DNA from: an uncultured Acidimicrobiia bacterium
Lineage (GTDB): Bacteria; Actinomycetota; Acidimicrobiia; Acidimicrobiales; AC-14
Length of the DNA stretch: 64,000 bases
Direction of reading: 5' to 3'
NCBI GenBank assembly: GCA_963836205.1
Contig: CAWIIV010000017.1
Coordinates: 196,936 to 260,935 of the forward strand
The position numbers and the translations under genes were made by a program. The notes under the pieces are model-generated. The model made no database searches. It was not told the DNA's origin and worked only from the letters and a program-made list of their open reading frames with translations. Position 1 is the stretch's first letter; every line of letters begins with the position of its first letter. This document shows positions 31,337-40,852 of this stretch, in pieces.

Positions 31337-32017
31337 CTAATCCACGCTGCGTTGGAGGAAGAACAGCACCGCCGCCACCCGGTGGTTGATGTCGAGCTCC
31401 TCGCTCAGGCCCAGCTTCCGGAAGATGGAGTTGATGTGCTTCTCCACCGCCCGCTCCGACAGGTAGAGGCCGGCGGCGATGGCGGCGTTGGTGCGGCCGG
31501 TGGCCATCTGGGTGAGGACCTCGTGCTCCCGCTCGGTGAGCCCGTGCAGACGCGACCGCGACCGGCGCCGTTGGGCCTCCATGAGGGCGTCGACCACCTT
31601 GGGGTCGAGGATCGAGCCCCCCTGGGCCACCTCCCGGATGGCCTCGGCCAGCTGGGCCGGCCGCCCCAGCCGCTCCTTGAGCAGGTAGGCCAGGCTGTTC
31701 GACCCGTGCCGCAGCAGCTCCAGGGCGTATTCCGGGTCGGCGTACTGCGACAGGATCACCACCCCGATGTGGGGATACTTCTCCCGCACGTGGTGGGCGG
31801 CCTCGATGCCCTCGGCCCGGTGGGTGGGCGGCATCTTGATGTCGAGGACGATCACGTCGGGCGTGGTCTCCTCGATGACCACCATCAGCTCCTGGGGGTC
31901 GCCGGCCAGGCCGACCACCTCGATCCCGGGCACCGCCGACAGGACGCTGCGCGCCCCTTCCCGGACGAGGTACTCGTCGTCGGCGATGACGACCCGGTAC
32001 GTGGTTGGACCCGCCAC
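31337..32017 (-). CDS. NarL/LuxR-family response regulator
   Basis: IADDEYLVREG, LDIKMPP, YLLKER, LTEREHEVL..VEKHINSIFRKL. Confidence 0.95.
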   Translation of the reverse strand: MAGPTTYRVVIADDEYLVREGARSVLSAVPGIEVVGLAGDPQELMVVIEETTPDVIVLDIKMPPTHRAEGIEAAHHVREKYPHIGVVILSQYADPEYALELLRHGSNSLAYLLKERLGRPAQLAEAIREVAQGGSILDPKVVDALMEAQRRRSRSRLHGLTEREHEVLTQMATGRTNAAIAAGLYLSERAVEKHINSIFRKLGLSEELDINHRVAAVLFFLQRSVD

Positions 32018-32047
32018 CGCGCCAGTCTGGCACCTGCGAGCGCCCGA

Positions 32048-32063
32048 GGGGTGCTAGCACCCC
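32048..32063. promoter_or_regulatory. Perfect 16-bp palindrome GGGGTGCTAGCACCCC, probable response-regulator operator
   Basis: Read directly, ~30 bp upstream of the regulator start and upstream of a divergent small ORF. Confidence 0.6.
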
Positions 32064-32124
32064 CCCCGCAAGAGGCCGGCCATCACCATTTCCCCGGGGG
32101 GTCGGGATGTGAGGGAATACGCCC

Positions 32125-32337
32125 ATGCCGGACCAGGCCGCAGTCCTCACCCTCGCTTCCCCCCCGGCGAACGTGGAATGCCCTGGTCCCGGTCCCGATA
32201 CGGACGCTGGCGCGCGGGTGATCCCCCTCGACACCCGCCGCCGGCGACCGTCCGCCGAAGCGGTGATGGCCTCCCGGGCGTGCCACCCGGCCCAGCTGTG
32301 GGCCGAACGAACGGCGCTGCTCGCGACTCCTTCCTGA
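32125..32337 (+). CDS. Small hypothetical protein (70 aa)
   Basis: GAGGGA SD-like sequence; fills the gap between regulator and pcrA and ends 3 nt from the pcrA stop. Confidence 0.4.
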   Translation: MPDQAAVLTLASPPANVECPGPGPDTDAGARVIPLDTRRRRPSAEAVMASRACHPAQLWAERTALLATPS

Positions 32338-32340
32338 GTC

Positions 32341-35300
32341 TCAGGCCTTCTTGAGGGGGGCCCAGGCCAGCAGCAGGCGCTTCTCCCCCACGCTGGGGAA
32401 CCGCACCACCGCCTCCGCCTTGTCGTCGGACCCGATGATCTCCAGCACCACGCCCTCCCCCCACTTGGCGTGGACCACATCGTCGCCCACCCGGATGCCC
32501 AGCCGCTCCGCGCCCGACGTGCGGGCCGGGGTGGCTGCCGGCCGGCTGGCGGCGTCGACCATGCGCTCCCGGTTGGCCCGGTAGCCGCCCCCCGCGCCGA
32601 GCTCGCCGCCCCCGCCCCGGCGGCCGCTACGGCTGCCCTCGATGACGTCGGTGAGGTGGCCCGGGATCTCCTTGAGGAAGCGGCTGGGCGGGTTGTACTG
32701 GGTCGACCCGAACAGCATCCGGCTCCAGGCGTGGGACAGGTACAGCCGGCGCCGGGCCCGGGTGATGCCGACGTAGCAGAGCCGCCGCTCCTCCTCCAGC
32801 TCGGCCGGCTCGCCCAGCGACCGCAGGTGGGGGAAGACCCCGTCCTCCAGGCCGATCATGAACACCCCGTCGAACTCCAGCCCCTTGGCCGTGTGGAGCG
32901 TCATCAGCACAACCGACGACTCGTCGGGGTCGAGCTCGTCGGAGTCGGCCACCAGGCTCACCCCCTCCAGGAACTCGGAGATGCCCCCGGGCCGGCCCTC
33001 CTCCGCGGCCTCGTCCTCGAACTCGCGGGCGAAGCCCACCAGCTCGGCCAGGTTCTCCAGGCGGCCCTCGGCCTCGATGGAGCGCTCCGACTCCAGTTCG
33101 GCCCGGTAGCCGGTGATCCGCAGCACCGCCTCCAGCGTCCCCGCCGGGCCCCGCCCCTCGGCCCGCAACTCGTCGAGCAGGCCCACCAGCTCCCGGATGC
33201 CGGCCAGCGCCCGCCCGCTGACGCCCGCCTCCTCGGCCTTGGCCAGGGCGTCGACCAGGGGCCGGCCCTGGGCCGCGGCCCATGCCTCCAGGCGGGCGAT
33301 GCTGGTGTCGCCCACGCCCCGCTTGGGGACGTTGACGATGCGCCGAAGCGACACCTCGTCGGTGGGGTTGACGACCGCCCGCAGGTAGGCAAGGGCGTCC
33401 TTCACCTCCCGGCGCTCGTAGAAGCGGGTGCCGCCCACCACCTTGTAGGGGATGTTGAGGCGGACCAGGTGCTCCTCCAGCACCCGGCTCTGGGCGTTGG
33501 TGCGGTAGAAGACGGCCATGTCGGACCACCGCCAGCCATCCGACCCGTGCAGCCGGAGCATCTCCCGGCCCGCCCACGCGGCCTCGTCGGCCTCGTCCTC
33601 GGCGAAGTAGCGCTGGATGAGCTCGCCGCCGATCTGTTCGGTCCACAGGGCCTTGGGCTTGCGCTCGAGGTTGTTGGCGATCACCGAGTTGGCCGCGTCG
33701 AGGATGGTCTGGGTCGACCGGTAGTTCTGCTCGAGGACGATCATGGTGGCGTCGGGGAACGAGTCCTCGAACTCCAGGATGTTCCGGATGTCGGCGCCGC
33801 GAAACTTGTAGACGCTGTTGTGGACGAGGACGCCGTCGGCCACATAGGTGTGGGTGGGCTCGACCTGGAGGTCGTAGACGGGGCCGTCGTAGTGCTCGAC
33901 GTCGACCGCGTCGACCCGGGCCGGCGTGAGGACGCCGTCGCGCTCGACGAGAACAGTCATGCCCACCCGTAGGTGCGACAGGGGGACGAAGTCGCAGATC
34001 TCGTCGCCGACCGCCGCCCGCCGGTGGATGCCGATGCCCGCCGCCGACGACGCCGCTCGGGCCAGCGCCAGCGCCTCCAGGTAGCTCTTCCGGCTCGTCT
34101 CGAAGCGGACCGAGGCCGTCTTGGCCGGACGGATCTGGAACCCGGCTGCGGTGAGCCGGTCGGCCAGGTCGAGCCGGTTGGTCGACCACTGGACCCGGTG
34201 GTACGGGAACGCCCCCCGCCGATCGGAGAACATGGTGAGGTTGAGGCACTGCCGGTTGCGGCCGTTCTGGGGCCGATGGTGGGGGAAGTCGGGGTGCAGG
34301 TCGAGGTCGTCCATCAGCCGCTTGGCCCGGCTGGCAGTGTCGAGGCTGAGGTAGAGCTGCTCGAGCAGGTCGTCGCTCATCGCCAGCTCCCGTCCGAGCC
34401 CGTGGAAGCACTGCGTGGGCAGCCCGTACTCCGCCGCGTAGTAGGCCTCCCAGTAGGCGGCGTCGGCCCGGGAGGCGCAGGCCCGCAGGATCCAGGCCGC
34501 GTCGGCGTGCTCCTGGTTGACCCGCACCCGCAGGCCGAGATCCTCGTCGCCCGGGCTCCGGGGGCGCATCGACTTGGCCAGGCCCACTCGGTAGCCCCGG
34601 TCCGCCCGGTACATCAGGTAGACGAGGTAGCCGCCCGCCTCTCGGGCCCGCTGGGCGAGGAGGATGTGGTGGGGCGTGCCCTGCAGGGACCTCCCGCCGG
34701 CCGTGACCCGGTACATCCGGCCCTCGTACCGGCCCCGTTTGACCGCCGTCACCGTGCCCGGGTGGGTCGTGAGGTGGCCCCGGGTGCCGAGCACGGTATC
34801 GCCCTCGACCACGTCCTCGATGGGCCTGGGGCCGGCGGGCGTGGACACCAGCGTGCCCGGCGGCAGGCACTGGTCGGAGTCGCCGACGACGCAGATGTTG
34901 CGGTGGCCGCCGGCGATGAGCTTGACCAGCTCGTTCTGGGCCTTGTTGGTGTCCTGGTACTCGTCGACGAGGACGTGGGTGAACCGCTGCTGGTACTGCT
35001 CGAGTACGTCGGGCGCCCGCCGCAGGAGCTCGACCGCCTTGGTGAGGAGGTCGTCGAAGTCCATGGCGTTGGCATCGGCCAGCCGCCGCTGGTACTCCCG
35101 GTAGACATCGGCGATGCGGCGCTCGTAGATGCTCCGGGCCCGGTCGGCGTAGGCGTCGACCCCGATGAGCTCGTTCTTGGCCGCGCTGATCACGGCGTGG
35201 ACGGTGCGGGGCGGGAACTTCTTGGGGTCGATGTTGAGGTCGCGGAGCACGTAGGCGGTGAGGCGCTCGGCGTCGGACTGGTCGTAGATGGTGAACGACG

Positions 35301-35628
35301 ACGAGTAGCCCAACCGGGAGGCGTCGCGCCGCAGGATGCGGACGCAGGCGGAGTGGAAGGTGGACACCCACATCTTCTGGGCCACCGGCCCGACCAGGGC
35401 CCCCACCCGGTGCTTCATCTCGTCGGCGGCCTTGTTAGTGAAGGTGATGGCCAGGATCTCGAACGGCGAGACCCCCTGCTCCCGGATCAGCCAACCCACC
35501 CGCGACGTGAGCACCCGGGTCTTGCCCGACCCCGCCCCGGCGATGATCAGCAGGGGGCCGCCGGGGTGGGTGACGGCCTCCCGCTGGACGGGATTCAGGT
35601 TGTCGAGCAGGGCGGGACGCTCGGGCAT
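32341..35628 (-). CDS. pcrA: ATP-dependent DNA helicase PcrA/UvrD, intein-containing
   Basis: AGAGSGKT, TFTNKAA, VDEYQDTN, VGDSDQ|SVYKFRGA, QNYRST, TLHTAKGLEF, EEERRLCYVGITRA, C-terminal Tudor-like VVHAKWGEG. Confidence 0.97.
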   Translation of the reverse strand: MPERPALLDNLNPVQREAVTHPGGPLLIIAGAGSGKTRVLTSRVGWLIREQGVSPFEILAITFTNKAADEMKHRVGALVGPVAQKMWVSTFHSACVRILRRDASRLGYSSSFTIYDQSDAERLTAYVLRDLNIDPKKFPPRTVHAVISAAKNELIGVDAYADRARSIYERRIADVYREYQRRLADANAMDFDDLLTKAVELLRRAPDVLEQYQQRFTHVLVDEYQDTNKAQNELVKLIAGGHRNICVVGDSDQCLPPGTLVSTPAGPRPIEDVVEGDTVLGTRGHLTTHPGTVTAVKRGRYEGRMYRVTAGGRSLQGTPHHILLAQRAREAGGYLVYLMYRADRGYRVGLAKSMRPRSPGDEDLGLRVRVNQEHADAAWILRACASRADAAYWEAYYAAEYGLPTQCFHGLGRELAMSDDLLEQLYLSLDTASRAKRLMDDLDLHPDFPHHRPQNGRNRQCLNLTMFSDRRGAFPYHRVQWSTNRLDLADRLTAAGFQIRPAKTASVRFETSRKSYLEALALARAASSAAGIGIHRRAAVGDEICDFVPLSHLRVGMTVLVERDGVLTPARVDAVDVEHYDGPVYDLQVEPTHTYVADGVLVHNSVYKFRGADIRNILEFEDSFPDATMIVLEQNYRSTQTILDAANSVIANNLERKPKALWTEQIGGELIQRYFAEDEADEAAWAGREMLRLHGSDGWRWSDMAVFYRTNAQSRVLEEHLVRLNIPYKVVGGTRFYERREVKDALAYLRAVVNPTDEVSLRRIVNVPKRGVGDTSIARLEAWAAAQGRPLVDALAKAEEAGVSGRALAGIRELVGLLDELRAEGRGPAGTLEAVLRITGYRAELESERSIEAEGRLENLAELVGFAREFEDEAAEEGRPGGISEFLEGVSLVADSDELDPDESSVVLMTLHTAKGLEFDGVFMIGLEDGVFPHLRSLGEPAELEEERRLCYVGITRARRRLYLSHAWSRMLFGSTQYNPPSRFLKEIPGHLTDVIEGSRSGRRGGGGELGAGGGYRANRERMVDAASRPAATPARTSGAERLGIRVGDDVVHAKWGEGVVLEIIGSDDKAEAVVRFPSVGEKRLLLAWAPLKKA
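33817..34869 (-). mobile_element. Intein (351 aa) in PcrA helicase motif III
   Basis: Starts CLPPGTLV, block B GTPHH, block F VYDLQV, ends VLVHN followed by Ser; excision restores GDSDQ-SVY. Confidence 0.96.
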
Positions 35629-35709
35629 GGCCCGATCCAGGCTACCGGCCGGGTCCGACATCCACGGGTAACCGCGGATGTCTCGCCCGGCCGGTCCAGC
35701 CCGTCGCCG

Positions 35710-36459
35710 TCAGTGGACGGCGGCCACCTGGATGGCGGTGATGGTGGCGTCGGTCGACACCGCGGTGCCCGGTCCGGCGGCGCAGCGCAGGGTCAGGGTG
35801 GACGGTTCCGCCAGCGTCACCGCGTCCTGCACCGAGATGACCTGGCTCAGGTTGACGGCGCCGACCGCGCTCTGACTCGGGAACCGGGCGATGGACGAGT
35901 CGCCCGTGCTCAGGCTGCAGCTGACACCCACCGAGTCGGGCTCGAAGCTGATGATGGAGGTCTTGGCGAACACGGCGTAGCTGCCGGCGGGGACGGCCAC
36001 CGACACCACGTCGACGTCGCCCAGACCCTCGAGCTGGACGAACTCGAGGCCACCGTTCTGGGCGATGAAGGCGTCACCGATCCCGGCGGGCCCGGGAGGC
36101 CCGGGAGGCCCGGGAGGACCGGTCGGCCCTGGAGGCCCGGTCGGCCCTGCCGGCCCCTGCGGCCCCTCCGGGCCGGCGGGACCGGGCGCGCCCGGGGGTC
36201 CCTGGGGCCCGGCCTGGTTCCACGAGATGGCGACCTCGTGCTTGTCGCACGACGAGGTGTCGGGGTCGATCACCCGCAGCCGGCCGTTGTTCTGGCCGCC
36301 CTTGGTGTCGAAGCACCCGTTGATCACGCCGTTGGCGTCGGGGATGGCGGCCAGGGCCACCGCGCCCACGGCTCCCATTCCGGCAACCACCACGGCTGCC
36401 ACCGCCACCTTGTACCGCAGGCGCCCCCGTCCCTGCTTGCCGTTGCCAGTGCGTCCCAT
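35710..36459 (-). CDS. Secreted collagen-like (Gly-X-Y) protein
   Basis: Signal peptide, Cys-containing N-domain, ~14 G-P-X triplets, beta-rich C-domain; GGGAGA SD. Confidence 0.85.
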   Translation of the reverse strand: MGRTGNGKQGRGRLRYKVAVAAVVVAGMGAVGAVALAAIPDANGVINGCFDTKGGQNNGRLRVIDPDTSSCDKHEVAISWNQAGPQGPPGAPGPAGPEGPQGPAGPTGPPGPTGPPGPPGPPGPAGIGDAFIAQNGGLEFVQLEGLGDVDVVSVAVPAGSYAVFAKTSIISFEPDSVGVSCSLSTGDSSIARFPSQSAVGAVNLSQVISVQDAVTLAEPSTLTLRCAAGPGTAVSTDATITAIQVAAVH

Positions 36460-36696
36460 CTCGGTTCTCCCTTCTCGGTCCGCCGGTCCGCCGGATGCGG
36501 AACGTCGACCCAGGTACGGCGAAGGGGGTTGGCGCGGTTCGGGGGGGCAGCAGGCGGGCGGGGGTAGGGGTACCCGTAGGGCTGTCAGCCGCCCGAAGGA
36601 ATGCGGACAGCATCATTGAGCCGCGAGGGCCAAAAGATCGACTCTCTTCCCTGACAACCGACGCCGCGAGCCGGCATTCGAGCAAGGAAGAGTGCG

Positions 36697-39237
36697 ATGG
36701 AAAAGAACAAGACCTGGGTCCGCCTCCCGCTGCTGGGAGTGCTGATCGCCCTGATTCTCAATACCCTCTCGACCCCCGCCGGGGCCCAAACCTCCGGCCC
36801 GCCGAGCCGACCGGGCGGCACCCCGACCGACCATGACGGGCCAGCCGGCGATCACGAGTCCCTGCTCGAACGCTACGGGCCGTTGCGATTCGTCGTCGAC
36901 CCCTCGTTGGTCCCCCGGACCCCCACCATCGAGCCGGTCGACGGCACCCGCGACTCCCGCCAGGTGGGTGCGATGTCGTTCCCCGACGGAACCACCGCCG
37001 AGCTCGTCATCGACCATGTCGTCCTCGTCACCAAGTCGGACGCCGAGGGCGACGCCTTCCTGGGCCGCTGGTCAGGCACGGTGCTCGAGAGCGACCGGGC
37101 CGACAGCGAAGGCCAGATGCACATGGTCAAGGTCGACCCGTCGGCCGCCGACGTCGCGGCCCTGCCCGCCAGCCTGCTGGCCATCGAGCCCGAGCAGGTC
37201 GGTGAGCACAAGGTCGGCGACCCCCGGGTGCTCAAGCTGCTCGCCCTCGTGGCCCAGGAGGCGGCGGCCGGCACCACGGTGACCGTGTCGTGGATGGCCG
37301 AGAGCGACGGTATCGGTGACGGGCAGGTCTTCGAGGGCGCCGAGGTGCCCGAGCCCAAGAACGTCTTCGACTGGCCGTACATGAACATCGGCAGCCCCCA
37401 GGACATCGGCGTGGCCCGGGCCTGGCAGCTCCTCCAGGCCGAGGGCAAGCTCGGCGCCAACGTGCGGGTCCTGGTCAACGACGGCGGCTTCATCCCCAAC
37501 GCCGACTCGGCCAAGAAGTGGACGATCGACTACATGGAGTTCAACGAGTCCAACCCGATGACGTGCACCAAGGGCGCCAAGTGCCCGTGGCACGGCACCT
37601 ACGTCATCGCCGCGGCCATGGCGGAAGTCGACAACGACTTCGGCGTCGCCGGGCCCGCCGGTCCCCTGGCCAGCGACGTGATCGCGGTCGGCAACGGCGG
37701 CGACGCCTGGACCCGGTTCCGTCGGACGGCCCGCGAGACCGAGGAGCACCACGCCCGCATCGTCAACATGAGTTGGAGCCACACCGCGCACTTCTTCAAG
37801 GATGCCCAGGCGAACTCGACCGACCGCCACCTCCGGCACATGAACGAGGCCGGCGCACTGGTGTTCGCGGCGGCCGGGAACCACGACCGGGACGTCGATG
37901 ACGACGCGCTGATCCTGCCGTGCGAGAGCAGTCGGGTGATGTGCGTCGGCGGCATGGGTTGGAACAGCACGTTGCTCGCCGACAAGTCGAACTACGGCAC
38001 CAACGACGACAGCACCTCGGTCGACATCTACGGGCCGATGTGCACGTGGGCCATCAACGACCCGTCCATCGCAACCGACACGGGTATCAAGCAGGTCTGC
38101 GGCACCAGCATCGCGAGCCCGTTCGTGGCCGGGGTGGCAGCCCTGGTCATGGCCGCCGATCCCACCCTCGACTACAAGCAGGTGGAGGCGATCCTCCTCC
38201 AGACCGCGCACTTCGGCGGCCTCGGTGGCGAGTGGTGGTCGGGAAGCCAGCTACGGGTCAACGCCGCCCGGGCCGTCGCCACCGCCCTGCACGCCGGTCC
38301 GACGGTCGACATCACTGCCCCGGTCGACAAGTCCGAGCACAGCATCCTGGAGTCATACGGCTTCACGGCCGATGTCGCCGACTACCACGGCGACCCTCTG
38401 CCCCTGCAATGGTCGAGCAGCATCTCGGGCCAACTGGGCGCCCCGAAGCCCGGAGTGCTCGCCTGGCCCAACCTTCCCTTTGGCAAGCACGTGATCACGG
38501 CCAAGGCCACCGACGACTTTGGTGATTCCACGACCGACCAGATCACGATCGAGGTCGTCGACGAGAAGGCCCTCGTCGACATCGTGACCCCGGCCAAGAA
38601 CGCGAGCTACCCGGCAGGATTCGCGATCACCCTCACCGGGAAAACGTGGGACCCGGACACGTCCGATCCCGTGCCCGACAACCAGGCCAAGTGGGTCATC
38701 CGGCGCACTGGCACCAAGGTGCCGGTGCTCGAGGCCGGCGGCCACCAGGCGAGTCTCCCCGCGGCCAAGGCGCTGGCCGGCAACTACGTGGCCGAGTTCA
38801 CGGCCGACGGGAGCACCGACAGCCACCCGTTCAAGGTGGTCGCCCCTGCTCCTGGGCATGCCCCACCGACCGTCACCATCACCTCACCGGCCCAGGCGGT
38901 CACCCTGCTCGCCGACGGCCTCCACGCCAAGCTGCACGTGGCCGGAACGGCGACGGACAAGGAGGACGGTGCTGTCCCCGGCACCCGCTTCCGGTGGACC
39001 GCCACCAGCAAGTCCGGCACCAAGGTCCTCTGCACCGGAAGCGCCGTCCCCGGGAACGCCAACACGATCAAGGACAAGCAGGGCAAGGTCCAGGACTGCT
39101 CGTCGGTCGACGTCCAGTTGGCCGTCGAGGATGGCACCGGGACAACGATCTGGTCGCTCACCCTCGAAGTCTTCGACAGCACGAATGAGAGGGGGATCGA
39201 CGACGTGACCGTGACGGTGCTCCACCTCGTGGGCTGA
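36697..39237 (+). CDS. Secreted S8 (subtilisin-like) serine peptidase with C-terminal Ig-like domains
   Basis: Signal peptide; catalytic D (VNDGG), H (HGT), oxyanion N (AAGN), S (GTSIASP); PTVxITxP Ig-like repeats. Confidence 0.92.
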   Translation: MEKNKTWVRLPLLGVLIALILNTLSTPAGAQTSGPPSRPGGTPTDHDGPAGDHESLLERYGPLRFVVDPSLVPRTPTIEPVDGTRDSRQVGAMSFPDGTTAELVIDHVVLVTKSDAEGDAFLGRWSGTVLESDRADSEGQMHMVKVDPSAADVAALPASLLAIEPEQVGEHKVGDPRVLKLLALVAQEAAAGTTVTVSWMAESDGIGDGQVFEGAEVPEPKNVFDWPYMNIGSPQDIGVARAWQLLQAEGKLGANVRVLVNDGGFIPNADSAKKWTIDYMEFNESNPMTCTKGAKCPWHGTYVIAAAMAEVDNDFGVAGPAGPLASDVIAVGNGGDAWTRFRRTARETEEHHARIVNMSWSHTAHFFKDAQANSTDRHLRHMNEAGALVFAAAGNHDRDVDDDALILPCESSRVMCVGGMGWNSTLLADKSNYGTNDDSTSVDIYGPMCTWAINDPSIATDTGIKQVCGTSIASPFVAGVAALVMAADPTLDYKQVEAILLQTAHFGGLGGEWWSGSQLRVNAARAVATALHAGPTVDITAPVDKSEHSILESYGFTADVADYHGDPLPLQWSSSISGQLGAPKPGVLAWPNLPFGKHVITAKATDDFGDSTTDQITIEVVDEKALVDIVTPAKNASYPAGFAITLTGKTWDPDTSDPVPDNQAKWVIRRTGTKVPVLEAGGHQASLPAAKALAGNYVAEFTADGSTDSHPFKVVAPAPGHAPPTVTITSPAQAVTLLADGLHAKLHVAGTATDKEDGAVPGTRFRWTATSKSGTKVLCTGSAVPGNANTIKDKQGKVQDCSSVDVQLAVEDGTGTTIWSLTLEVFDSTNERGIDDVTVTVLHLVG

Positions 39238-39354
39238 TCGACCTCGTGGGCTGACAAGATCGCCAGGCCTGCGCAAGTGCCCTGCCGCCCGTCCGGGTGG
39301 CAGGGCATTCTGCGTTCCCGTGCCCGCCCGCCAACTCCTGGGAGACTGGGGGCA

Positions 39355-39792
39355 ATGTGGCGGGCGGTGCTGGCGGAGGACGATCTCCTGGTGCGGCAGG
39401 GGCTCTGCAGCCTGCTCGCACTCTCGGGCGTCGTCGATGTGCGGGCGGCGTGCTGTCACTGCCCGAGCTTCTCGAGGCGGTCGAGGTCCACGATCCGGAC
39501 GTCGTGCTCACCGACATCCGGATGCCGCCCAGCTTCTCCGACGAGGGCATCCAGGCCGCCCGGCTGCTGCGCGAGAGCCATCCTCACCTCGGCGTGGTGG
39601 TCATCTCCCAGTTCGCCGAACCGAGCTACGCCATGGCCGTGCTCGGCGACGGGGCCAATGGCCGGGCCTACATCCTCAAGGACCGGGTCGACGACCTCGA
39701 CCGCCTGCTGACCGCCATGCGGGCGGTGGTGGCGGGCGACTCGGTCGTCGACGAGGAGACCGTCGATGCATTGGTGCGGACCCGGCGTCTAA
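39355..39792 (+). pseudogene. NarL-type response regulator remnant (frameshift ~39454, HTH missing)
   Basis: VLAEDDLLVRQG in one frame and LTDIRMPP..YILKDRV..VAGDSVVD in the next; similarity ends at the convergent gene with no LuxR HTH. Confidence 0.8.
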
Positions 39793-40781
39793 CTCAGAAC
39801 GGCCGTGTACCGAGCGTCGTACGTGAGGGTCAGGATGCCTTTGGTGCGGTCGGCGTGGATCTCGTCCTCGATCTTCACCGGCATCCCCCGGACGGGGTCG
39901 AACCACCACGTCGCCCGCTGGGTGATCACCTCGCTCCCCGGCCGGCTCGTCCGGGCGAAGTGCACCACGGCCGTGTCGACCGGCAGTCCGCCGATCACGA
40001 TGGTCTCCTCCCGCACCACCCGGGTCTCCCAGTCGTCGACCCGTACCGTCGAGCCGTCCGGCGCCCGGACGGTGCTCGTCCCGGTGGTGACGGTGCCCGG
40101 GAAGAGAGGGGACGGCACGTATCCCATCGGGGGGTCGTAGGACACCTCGCTCGACTCGGTGATCAGGCCGAAGGTGATCGACCCGCCTTCGTTCGTGAGC
40201 GACATGCCATGCGGTCCGTAGGCCCCGATCTCCCGCTCCTCGTGCTGGGACGAGAAGGTGAAGTCGAACACCATCCGGTCGGGCCCGAGCCCGGCGCCCG
40301 GATGCACGACCAGCGTCGCAGTGGGCTCGAAGGCCCGGCTGCCGACGATGGAGGCGGCCTCGGCGCCGCTGACGGCGAACGTGTAGCGGCCGGGGGCAGG
40401 AGGCCTCAGGCCTATCGGGGCAGGTGGCGCCGACGCGGTGGTGACGGTCGTGGTGGTGACGGTCGTGGTGTTCGTGGTGGTGGTGGTCGTCGTCCGGGCA
40501 CCCGCGATGGTGGTCGTCGGGACGGGGACGGCCGGCGGTGGCGGTGCCGGCGTGAGGCCGGCAGGGGTCGAGGTCGTGGCGAAGGGCGCAGCGGTGAGAA
40601 AATCGCCTCCCTCGGAGAAGGCCGGACGCCGCCGCGAACGGTTGACCTCGGCCAGGACCAACCCGTCCACAACCAGGAGCCCCACCACCGCGGCGGACAG
40701 GGCGACGACGACACCCCCGCGGGGCCTCCGTCCGGCGAATGGCATCGCTCCTCGCTTCGTCGAGGCCACTCTACGGGCCAC
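39789..40781 (-). CDS. Membrane-anchored hypothetical protein with Thr/Pro-rich linker
   Basis: TM helix, poly-Thr tract, PAPGRYTF beta-rich C-domain. Confidence 0.75.
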   Translation of the reverse strand: MARRVASTKRGAMPFAGRRPRGGVVVALSAAVVGLLVVDGLVLAEVNRSRRRPAFSEGGDFLTAAPFATTSTPAGLTPAPPPPAVPVPTTTIAGARTTTTTTTNTTTVTTTTVTTASAPPAPIGLRPPAPGRYTFAVSGAEAASIVGSRAFEPTATLVVHPGAGLGPDRMVFDFTFSSQHEEREIGAYGPHGMSLTNEGGSITFGLITESSEVSYDPPMGYVPSPLFPGTVTTGTSTVRAPDGSTVRVDDWETRVVREETIVIGGLPVDTAVVHFARTSRPGSEVITQRATWWFDPVRGMPVKIEDEIHADRTKGILTLTYDARYTAVLS

Positions 40782-40852
40782 GGCTGTCCGGACATCACCG
40801 CCGGAGGCGCGAGCGGTTCAGAAGCGGGCCCCGGCCGGGTACGTTGCCGGCC

